A stretch of DNA of 64,000 nt, from the NCBI GenBank assembly GCA_000307935.1, contig AMWX01000001.1, forward strand, positions 163,388 to 227,387. Direction: 5' to 3'. Within the stretch, counting starts at the first letter, position 1; each line of letters starts with the position of its first letter. Below, piece by piece: positions 20,154-28,198 of the stretch. The position numbers and the translations under genes were made by a program. Source of the stretch: SAR86 cluster bacterium SAR86E. Its GTDB lineage: Bacteria > Pseudomonadota > Gammaproteobacteria > Magnimaribacterales > D2472. Under the pieces are notes generated by a model. It worked only from the letters and a program-made list of their open reading frames with translations, searched no databases and was not told where the DNA came from.

Positions 20154-21095
20154 TTAAGATTTAATAGTTATATTATCAAGCTTAGATAACAGTATATCAA
20201 ATTCATTATTTTTCATTGCTTCATAACAAACTTCAATTCCATCTAAATCGATAAAAGAAATTGATGCGGCATGCAAAGCAAGACGACTGATCCCGACCTG
20301 TTTAACTATTTTTTTGTTTGTATCAAATAATCCGTACTTTTTATCATTAACAATCGGATGATTGAGGTTGGAGCTCTGAACCCTTATTTGATGCATTCTT
20401 CCTGTGCTTATAATAATTTCAACATAGGTAAATAATTTATATTTTTTTAAAATTTTAAATGCTGAGATCGCCTTCTTGCCTGCTATTGATTCCTGCACTT
20501 TATGAAAATGTTCTTTTGTTGAAGAATCAAGCTTAGATTCTACCTTTATGTTCTTCTTCATGACTCCTATTAAAATGGCTTCATACTTTTTTGTTACATT
20601 ATTATTTATAAGTTGTTTATGAAAATGTCTTAAAAATAATTTATTTTTAGACAATAAAACGCAGCCTGAGGTTGATTTATCAATACGGTGGCATAAATCA
20701 ATTTCTAATGATGGAAATTTAGCTCTAGCAATATCTACAAGACCAAATTGGTTATTGGTTCCCGAATGTACACTTAACCCAGGCTCTTTATTTACCAAAA
20801 TAAAATCATCATTTTGATCAATAATAGATGATTCAAACTCTATAAGCCTGGAGGATGGAATTTTAATATCATCCATATTTTCTTTAAAATTTATTAAATA
20901 TGGAGGGATTCTTATTTCATCATCTAGTGATAACTTGTACGTGGGTTTGATTCTGCCTGAGTTAACTCTGACTTCACCTTTACGAATCATGCTATAAATT
21001 TTTGATTTGGGAAGAGATCTATAAATATTAAAAAGGTAATTATCAATCCGCCTGCCAGCGTTATCTTTATCTATTTTTAGGTTTTTACCACTCAT
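20154..21095 (-). CDS. rluC: 23S rRNA pseudouridine synthase, RluA family (RluC-like)
   Basis: 313 aa with an S4-like N-terminus and catalytic motif HRIDKSTSGCVLL. Divergent from rne, as in enterobacteria. Confidence 0.8.
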   Translation of the reverse strand: MSGKNLKIDKDNAGRRIDNYLFNIYRSLPKSKIYSMIRKGEVRVNSGRIKPTYKLSLDDEIRIPPYLINFKENMDDIKIPSSRLIEFESSIIDQNDDFILVNKEPGLSVHSGTNNQFGLVDIARAKFPSLEIDLCHRIDKSTSGCVLLSKNKLFLRHFHKQLINNNVTKKYEAILIGVMKKNIKVESKLDSSTKEHFHKVQESIAGKKAISAFKILKKYKLFTYVEIIISTGRMHQIRVQSSNLNHPIVNDKKYGLFDTNKKIVKQVGISRLALHAASISFIDLDGIEVCYEAMKNNEFDILLSKLDNITIKS

Positions 21096-21361
21096 TTAAG
21101 GTAGAATACTCGAAATTGTTAGTTTATATGTAAAGCTACAAAAAAAAGCTTATGGCAAAGAGTCTTAAGCACTAATATAAGAATGCTGAAATACAGCATC
21201 ACAAGAGAAAGTTTACAAAGCACAAGGGTGCTAAAAGAATAATACAAGTTTTAAAAACTCCATATAGAAAAATGGAGTAAGTTAGAAGAGCTCCACAGGA
21301 TAAGACTCAACTAACTCTTCAAGCACCAGTGCTATTCACTTTCTCTGTACCGGAGAAAAAA
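21096..21361 (+). promoter_or_regulatory. rne promoter and long structured 5-prime leader (candidate autoregulatory UTR)
   Basis: 266-nt non-coding gap, the largest in the window. It contains several hairpins, for example atgctg-aaata-cagcat (21183-21199) and ctccat-N8-atggag (21258-21277). Confidence 0.4.
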
Positions 21362-23434
21362 ATGAAAAGAATCTTAATTAACTGTTCCTATTCTGATGAG
21401 CTGCGTGTCGCTCTAGTTGATGGAGCTAAGCTATTTGATTTAGATAATGAGTTTAATGCTCAATCCCTTCTTAAAGGGAGTATTTTTAAAGCCACTGTTT
21501 CCAGGGTAGAGACAAGCTTAGATGCAGCATTTGTTAATTTTGGTAGCGAAAAACATGGTTTTTTACCGTTAAAAGAATTATCAAGCGACTATTTTACAAA
21601 GGATGCTGAAGGCAAAAAGAAGTGCACTCTGAATGAAGGAGATGAAATTCTTGTTCAAGTTCTTAAAGAAGAGCGAGGAACTAAGGGTGCTGCCCTATCA
21701 AATCAAATATCGCTTGCAGGAAGATTTATAGTCTTAATTCCTAATTCTGAAAAGTCCGGCGGAGTATCAAGGAGAATATCTGGTGATGAAAGAGATGATA
21801 TTAAGAACGCACTGAATGCATTGCAAATTCCAGAAGGCATGAGCGTAATTGTAAGAACTGCTGGATTAGGAAGATCAACCGAAGAGTTGAAATGGGATTT
21901 AGATTATTTAATGAATCTATGGGAGCAAATAAAATCCACCCTTTCAGATGCACCAAGCCCTAGCCTTATATATAAAGATGATAAATTAATCTTGAGAGTA
22001 TTTAGAGATTACTTTAGAGATGACATAGAAGAAATTTTAATTGACGATGAAGCCATTCATGCAGAAGCACTTGATTTTGCTAAATCAGTTATCCCAGATC
22101 ATGCTGATAAAGTTATTTTCTACAATGAAGAGATTCCATTGTTTAATAGATATCAAATCGAAAGCCAAATTGAATTAGCCTTTCAAAGAGAAGTCTCTTT
22201 ACCATCAGGTGGATCAATAGTTATAGATCCAACAGAAGCAATGGTTTCCATTGATGTGAATTCAGCTCGTTCTACTAAAGGTAAAGACATTGAATCCACC
22301 GCATTTGCAACAAACATGGAAGCTGCTAAAGAAGTAGCTCGACAACTAAGATTAAGAGATCTAGGTGGTCTTATAGTTATTGACTTCATTGATATGCAGG
22401 ATGAAAAGCATCAGCAAAAAGTTGAGAACACTTTTAGATCCTCGGTCCAATCGGATAGAGCAAGAATCCAGATTGCAGCAATATCAAGATTTGGTTTATT
22501 GGAACTGTCGAGGCAACGATTAAGGCCTTCCCTGGAGGAAACTTATGACATACAGCATGTGCAGGTTCGAGGTACTCGATCTCTTGGTCAATCTATCTTA
22601 AGAATTATCAGTGAGGATGCTGCAAAAGAAAATACCGGTGAGATACATGTTTATGTGCCAGCAGATGTTTCAAGTTATTTACTGAATGAGAAACGAAGAG
22701 ATATTATTGCCATAGAAAATACTTACCAGGTTAATATTTTAATTATTGCTGATCCCTATAAGGCTAGACCTTATTATAAAGTTGCAAGAGTAAAAGCTGT
22801 AGCTGGTAAAAAGCCATTTTCTTATGACATGACACCTAACAGTCCTGAGCCATCAATGGACTGGCGCGATATAAATTCAAATAAAAAATCTTTGAGGCCT
22901 TTGGTTAAGGTCTCCGTTCCACCAAGAATGCCAAAGAAAAAAAATAAAATTGGGATCTTTGGATTTATAAAGTCTATTCTCACTCTTTCTATCTTTAAAT
23001 CAAAAAAGAAAAAAAATACCAATAAAAGAAGAAATAGAAACTACAAAAAAGGTCATCAAAAGGCTAATAAAAATACAAGAAATGATAGAAATCAATCAAA
23101 TCGGAATAATAGAAAAAATAATAAGCCTAATACCGCCAATCAAAAGAAAACTACTAATAAGAAAACATCTAAACCTGTAGTTATTCCGCCAAAGAATAAA
23201 GCCAAAGTTGATAATAAAGATTTGAAATCAAAAGAGACAGCAAAGCCGTCTGAAGATAAAGATGGTAATAAAGCTACGATTGATTCTAAGAATATATCAG
23301 CTTCAACTCCTGCGCCTACGCCAGCTTCAACTCCTGCGCCTACGCCAGCTTCAACTCCTGCGCCTACGCCAGCTCCAACTCCAGCACCTAAGCCTACTAG
23401 AGCTTTGAATGATCCTCGATATAAGAGCGAATAA
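21362..23434 (+). CDS. rne: Ribonuclease E (short form)
   Basis: I prefer the start MKRILINCSYSDELRVALVDG at 21362. S1 domain GSIFKATVSRVETSLDAAFVNFG and catalytic core VSIDVNSARS. The C-terminal tail is Lys/Asn/Arg-rich and ends in Pro/Thr/Ala repeats. Confidence 0.9.
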   Translation: MKRILINCSYSDELRVALVDGAKLFDLDNEFNAQSLLKGSIFKATVSRVETSLDAAFVNFGSEKHGFLPLKELSSDYFTKDAEGKKKCTLNEGDEILVQVLKEERGTKGAALSNQISLAGRFIVLIPNSEKSGGVSRRISGDERDDIKNALNALQIPEGMSVIVRTAGLGRSTEELKWDLDYLMNLWEQIKSTLSDAPSPSLIYKDDKLILRVFRDYFRDDIEEILIDDEAIHAEALDFAKSVIPDHADKVIFYNEEIPLFNRYQIESQIELAFQREVSLPSGGSIVIDPTEAMVSIDVNSARSTKGKDIESTAFATNMEAAKEVARQLRLRDLGGLIVIDFIDMQDEKHQQKVENTFRSSVQSDRARIQIAAISRFGLLELSRQRLRPSLEETYDIQHVQVRGTRSLGQSILRIISEDAAKENTGEIHVYVPADVSSYLLNEKRRDIIAIENTYQVNILIIADPYKARPYYKVARVKAVAGKKPFSYDMTPNSPEPSMDWRDINSNKKSLRPLVKVSVPPRMPKKKNKIGIFGFIKSILTLSIFKSKKKKNTNKRRNRNYKKGHQKANKNTRNDRNQSNRNNRKNNKPNTANQKKTTNKKTSKPVVIPPKNKAKVDNKDLKSKETAKPSEDKDGNKATIDSKNISASTPAPTPASTPAPTPASTPAPTPAPTPAPKPTRALNDPRYKSE
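23300..23395 (+). repeat. 24-bp tandem repeat, three perfect copies plus one degenerate, inside the rne 3-prime end
   Basis: gcttcaactcctgcgcctacgcca occurs at 23300, 23324 and 23348. A diverged copy follows (gctccaactccagcacctaagcct). It encodes (ASTPAPTP)n. Confidence 0.9.
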
Positions 23435-24224
23435 GTTGGCCGGAAATTGATGTATCAGGTGGAATAATAGGTAATTCTTTAATATTAAACCACCTCGCAT
23501 CTTCAAGCTCCATATCATTTAAGGCAATTTCACCTTCTATGTATTTACAAAAATAACCTAGCATCAGTTGAGCTGGAAATGGCCAAGATTGAGAAGAGTA
23601 ATAGTTAATATCTGATACTTGCACATTTACCTCTTCTTTTACTTCTCTAATTAATGCCTCTTCAGCACTTTCACCAGCCTCGATAAATCCTGCCAATGTA
23701 CTGTACATATTTGGAGGAAAAAATTTACTGCGACCAAGCAAGATTTTGTCATCATCATGTATCAATGTAATGATGCAAGGAGATATCGAGGGATAATTTG
23801 GGGCATTATTGCACGAACATTCGAAGGCACCCTCAGCTTCATTGAATGAATAGGCCTTCCCACAAAGGCTGCAAAATTTACTATTTAAAGCCCAAGCACT
23901 AAGAATTGATGCGCGAGATGCAATCAAAAAGCTTGATTGATCTAAAAATCCTAAAATCTGTCTTAAATCAACAAAATTTACAGAATTAGGATCCATAAAA
24001 AGACCTAAAATAGGCTCATTTTTATTAACCTCTAAAACATAAATGCGGTGACTCTCACTAGAAGCTATACAAAGAAATGGTCCTTTGTGATTTATCGGAT
24101 TTAAATCTTTTATTTTAAAAGTATAAGTATTTTTGCTTTGATCATATAAAATCTTATTATCACAAAATATAATTAGCTTAGAATCTTCGTTGATTGATTC
24201 GTGGAGTTCTCTGATTAATTTCAT
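23397..24224 (-). CDS. nudC: NADH pyrophosphatase (Nudix)
   Basis: Zinc ribbon CSLCGKAYSFNEAEGAFECSC and Nudix box GFIEAGESAEEALIREVKEEVNV. I prefer the ATG at 24224; the track's TTG at 24248 would overlap the nhaB start. The 3-prime end overlaps rne by 38 nt. Confidence 0.85.
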   Translation of the reverse strand: MKLIRELHESINEDSKLIIFCDNKILYDQSKNTYTFKIKDLNPINHKGPFLCIASSESHRIYVLEVNKNEPILGLFMDPNSVNFVDLRQILGFLDQSSFLIASRASILSAWALNSKFCSLCGKAYSFNEAEGAFECSCNNAPNYPSISPCIITLIHDDDKILLGRSKFFPPNMYSTLAGFIEAGESAEEALIREVKEEVNVQVSDINYYSSQSWPFPAQLMLGYFCKYIEGEIALNDMELEDARWFNIKELPIIPPDTSISGQLIRSYIEDHSKL

Positions 24225-24241
24225 GTTACTAGGATTTAAAT

Positions 24242-25753
24242 ATGACAAATAATTTATACAAAATGTTTCTAGGTGATTCGCCTGACTGGTACAAAAATAC
24301 CATCATAGCTTTTTTGATAATTAATCCCATTACTTTATTAATTTTAAATTCAATAGGTTTGAATGGAAGTTTTATTGTGGGATGGATGATTTTGTTGGAA
24401 TTCATATTTACTCTTGCTCTAGCACTTAAGTGTTATCCCCTTCAACCTGGAGGATTAATTGCAATTCAGGCTTTATATCTCGGTCTTACAAATCCTTACT
24501 CTTTATTGCATGAAATAGAACACAATCTAGAAGTTATTTTGCTTCTAGTGTTTATGGTTGCTGGTATTTATTTTATGAAAAATTTAATGCTAACGATTTT
24601 CACTAAATTGCTTCTTTCAATTCATTCAAAAACAAAATTATCTTTAATGTTTTGTTTTGTATCTGCTTTTTTATCTGCATTTCTTGATGCACTGACTGTA
24701 ACTGCAGTATTAATTGCTGTTGCAGTTGGCTTTTATAGAATATTCCACTTAGCTAACTCTGGCGTCGTATTTTCTGAAACAAATCATGATTATCTAAATG
24801 ATATTTCGCTTTCAGAAGAAGGCATTGAAGATTTAGAAAATTTTAAAGCCTTTTTAAGAGACTTGATTATGCATGGAGTTGTTGGTACAGCGCTTGGTGG
24901 CGTTTGTACTATTGTTGGTGAGCCACAAAATCTTCTTATTGCAAACGTTGCAGGCTGGGAATTCATTGAGTTCATGATTAAGATGGCTCCTATCACTGTC
25001 CCAGTTTTTATTGCAGGAATGATTACCTGTTTTTCAATTGAAAAACTTCATCTTTGTGGCTTTGGCAATCAATTGCCTCTTAGGGTTAAAGATATTTTCC
25101 ACGAATATAATGCTTATGAGGTTTCTCAAAGCACCCCTGAAAGTAAATTAGAGCTCTATATAGAAATGCTTGTAGGTATCTTTCTTATAATTGCATTAGC
25201 ATTGCACTTAGCAGCAGTAGGTATAATCGGACTTGGTGTAATTATTCTTTTAACATCATTTAAGGGCATTACTCATGAGCACGATCTTGGAGATGCTTTC
25301 AAAGAAGCATTGCCCTTTACTGCTTTGTTAGTTGTATTCTTTGGGGTTGTAAGCGTAATCGCAGACCAACAATTATTCACTCCAATTATTGCTTATGTGC
25401 TAGCTCAAGAACCTAGCAATCAAGCTCCAATATTCTTTGTTGCCAATGGGGTTTTATCCGCCATCAGTGATAATGTATTTGTTGCAACTATATATATCAA
25501 TGAAATAAAAGATGCTTTGGATATGAACATTATCTCTAGAGATCAATTCGATAAACTTGCGATAGCTATTAATACAGGAACAAATATTCCGAGCATTGCA
25601 ACGCCTAATGGCCAAGCGGCTTTCCTATTTCTTTTAACGTCATCTTTAGCGCCACTAATAAACCTTTCTTACATGCGTATGGTTATTATGGCTCTTCCCT
25701 ATACTGTCGTTTTAAGTGTTGTTGGGTTTATTGCAGTGGTAATAAATTTATAA
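24242..25753 (+). CDS. nhaB: Na+/H+ antiporter NhaB
   Basis: 503 aa. [34 protein letters not shown] and [13 protein letters not shown] closely parallel E. coli NhaB. Confidence 0.9.
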   Translation: MTNNLYKMFLGDSPDWYKNTIIAFLIINPITLLILNSIGLNGSFIVGWMILLEFIFTLALALKCYPLQPGGLIAIQALYLGLTNPYSLLHEIEHNLEVILLLVFMVAGIYFMKNLMLTIFTKLLLSIHSKTKLSLMFCFVSAFLSAFLDALTVTAVLIAVAVGFYRIFHLANSGVVFSETNHDYLNDISLSEEGIEDLENFKAFLRDLIMHGVVGTALGGVCTIVGEPQNLLIANVAGWEFIEFMIKMAPITVPVFIAGMITCFSIEKLHLCGFGNQLPLRVKDIFHEYNAYEVSQSTPESKLELYIEMLVGIFLIIALALHLAAVGIIGLGVIILLTSFKGITHEHDLGDAFKEALPFTALLVVFFGVVSVIADQQLFTPIIAYVLAQEPSNQAPIFFVANGVLSAISDNVFVATIYINEIKDALDMNIISRDQFDKLAIAINTGTNIPSIATPNGQAAFLFLLTSSLAPLINLSYMRMVIMALPYTVVLSVVGFIAVVINL

Positions 25754-25756
25754 TTA

Positions 25757-26719
25757 ATGTCTATAAGCCATAAATTCTGCATTGCTCCAATGATGCAATG
25801 TACTGACATACATGATCGGTTCTTATTTAGATTAATAACAAAAAAAGCATTGTTGTACACAGAAATGGTTACAACTGGTGCAATAATTCATGGCAGATGC
25901 TATGAGCAGCTTAAGTTTAATAATGATATTGAGCATCCGGTTGCTGTTCAGCTTGGAGGTTCAGACCCTCATGAACTTGCTGAATGTGCAAAGATATGTG
26001 GTTCTCTGGGATATGATGAAATTAATTTAAATATTGGGTGCCCCTCTGAAAGGGTCCAAAAAGGTTCTTTTGGTGCATGTTTAATGCAAGATCCAGAATT
26101 GGTTAAAGATTGCATAGTTTCCATGCAGGAAGTTACCACCACTCCAGTTACAGTAAAATGTAGAATAGGTGTGAATGACAGAGATGATATAGATTTTTTA
26201 AATAATTTTGTCTCTAAAATATTAACCCCATCACTGAAAACACTGATTGTTCATGCAAGAGTGGCGATACTCAAAGGGCTAACTCCTAGACAGAATAGGC
26301 AAATTCCTCCACTGAAATACGATAATGTTTACCAGTTAAAAGATGAATTCCCTGATTTAGAGATCGTAATTAATGGTGGGATTAAAAATATAGATGAATC
26401 TCTGGATCATCTGAAAATCGTTGATGGTGTTATGCTTGGTCGAAGCCCATATGATAATCCCATGATTGTAAATAATGTAGATTCTAAAATTTTCCACGAA
26501 GTTGATATTGGCTTGGATAGAAAATCTATATTAAAAGCGTATCTTAAATATTGCTTAGAACAAATTGAAAATGGCTATCCCTTATCAAGGACTTTAAAAC
26601 ATATATTTGGTCTAAATCGTGGTTTAAAAAATGCTAAAGCTTACAGAAGCCTGATTCTAGAAACAATGCAAAAGAATAATTTAAAAGCAACCCAAGACGA
26701 CCTGATAGCCCTTGTTTAA
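25757..26719 (+). CDS. dusA: tRNA-dihydrouridine synthase A
   Basis: 320 aa with CIAPMMQCTD and INLNIGCPSERVQKGSFGACLM. Confidence 0.9.
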   Translation: MSISHKFCIAPMMQCTDIHDRFLFRLITKKALLYTEMVTTGAIIHGRCYEQLKFNNDIEHPVAVQLGGSDPHELAECAKICGSLGYDEINLNIGCPSERVQKGSFGACLMQDPELVKDCIVSMQEVTTTPVTVKCRIGVNDRDDIDFLNNFVSKILTPSLKTLIVHARVAILKGLTPRQNRQIPPLKYDNVYQLKDEFPDLEIVINGGIKNIDESLDHLKIVDGVMLGRSPYDNPMIVNNVDSKIFHEVDIGLDRKSILKAYLKYCLEQIENGYPLSRTLKHIFGLNRGLKNAKAYRSLILETMQKNNLKATQDDLIALV

Positions 26720-26722
26720 AAG

Positions 26723-27430
26723 TTAATCAAGCAAGAAGTCATCCATATCATCAACAAAATCATCGTTCTGATTTTCACCATTGCTTGATTCAAATTCTTG
26801 ATATTGCATATAAGAGTCTCTTATAAATGTATATCTGTCTCCAATAATTAAAGTTTCAACTTCTAAGTATCTAGCTCTTGTTTCAAGTGCATCGAGAGCC
26901 GTTATTCCAATCCTCACATCGGTCTCTTCAATGGCAAATGTTCCACTCAAAACTGAACTAATAGTTCTTCCAGCTAGCCCTCTTGGTGTAGAGGGTCCAT
27001 ATATTGGAATCATTAAGAATGGTCCTGAACCAACGCCCCACGCTCCTAATGTTTGACCAAAATCTTCATCGTGTCTTTCTAGTCCAAATTTAGATCCAAT
27101 ATCAATAAAACCACCAAGCCCCAAAGTTGAGTTTATAAGAAATCGAGAAAAATCATTGATTGCTAGCAATGGCTTACCTTGTAATAACTGATTGGCAGTA
27201 TTATCTAGCTCATTTAAATTTCTAAAAAAGTTACTCATCCCTATTTCTACAAATTCTGGTGTTACAGATGTATAGATTTCTGCTGCTGGTTTTGCAAAAC
27301 TATCATCAAGAAATTCATTAAAAGCCCAAACTTGTCGATTATATTGCTCAAAAGGGTCTGATTCAGCATAGGAGATACTACTTGTAAAAAGTAGGAAAAA
27401 TATTATGGGAAATTTTTTAAAGTTCATCAT
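26723..27430 (-). CDS. mlaA: MlaA/VacJ family lipoprotein
   Basis: 235 aa with a signal sequence and DPFEQYNRQVWAFNEFLD. Confidence 0.85.
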   Translation of the reverse strand: MMNFKKFPIIFFLLFTSSISYAESDPFEQYNRQVWAFNEFLDDSFAKPAAEIYTSVTPEFVEIGMSNFFRNLNELDNTANQLLQGKPLLAINDFSRFLINSTLGLGGFIDIGSKFGLERHDEDFGQTLGAWGVGSGPFLMIPIYGPSTPRGLAGRTISSVLSGTFAIEETDVRIGITALDALETRARYLEVETLIIGDRYTFIRDSYMQYQEFESSNGENQNDDFVDDMDDFLLD

Positions 27431-28143
27431 ATAATTTTTAGAACTTCATTATAGATTGTCTCAAAAAAAATTGATGAATTATCCGGATTAAAATCTGTTA
27501 ATTCTCTTGTTCTAGGAATTACACCTAACACTTTTAAACCAATATCATGCTCTAAATTAACCGGATTAAACTCTGGTATATATTCATTATTATCAGTTGA
27601 TATTGAATATGACATATTATCAATTAATCCAATGATTGGTATATTCAGCCTATCGAACATTGCCTTAGATTTAATAGTATCTTGAATTGCTAAATTACTC
27701 TGAGAAGTTACCAAAAGTACATAATTAGGCTTAATCTCAGCAGCAACAGTTAAATATGCATCACCTGTTCCTGGCGGCATATCTATAAATAAATAATCCA
27801 AGTCACCCCATTGAGTTAGATCTTTGAGTTGTTTGATGGCTCCACTCAACATTGGGCCCCTCCACATCGCAGCCTTATCGTTATCAAGAACAAAGCCCAT
27901 ACTGTTAAGCAAGATGTTATTAGTCTTGATTGGTATAAATGTTTTGCGTCCATCTACAGTCTCAACCTCTGGCTTCATATCAAGCACATCAAAAATAATA
28001 TGTTGATTAGGACCGTATATGTCAGCATCAAGGATTCCTACATTGAAATCTTTTGAAAATTGAGATGCGAGATTCGCACAAATTGTTGATTTTCCAACTC
28101 CGCCTTTTGCTGAGGCTATAGCTATTATTTGTTTGATGCCCAT
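27427..28143 (-). CDS. Mrp/ApbC/NBP35-family P-loop ATPase lacking the CXXC cluster ligands
   Basis: 238 aa with deviant Walker A SAKGGVGKST and DMPPGTGD. It is divergent from metG, as E. coli mrp is. Where the family has the CxxC motif, it reads NMSYSISTDNNEY. Confidence 0.8.
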   Translation of the reverse strand: MGIKQIIAIASAKGGVGKSTICANLASQFSKDFNVGILDADIYGPNQHIIFDVLDMKPEVETVDGRKTFIPIKTNNILLNSMGFVLDNDKAAMWRGPMLSGAIKQLKDLTQWGDLDYLFIDMPPGTGDAYLTVAAEIKPNYVLLVTSQSNLAIQDTIKSKAMFDRLNIPIIGLIDNMSYSISTDNNEYIPEFNPVNLEHDIGLKVLGVIPRTRELTDFNPDNSSIFFETIYNEVLKII

Positions 28144-28198
28144 TGATATAATTTTTTGATTTATAATACTTTATAAGCACTTAAATTAGGTCTCTAAG

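Noticed and set aside
28143-28167. Promoter-like hexamers TTGATA (28143-28148) and TATAAT (28162-28167) between mrp and metG.
   Set aside because: The spacing is only 13 nt, and such hexamers are frequent in this AT-rich DNA. This is not enough to call a promoter.
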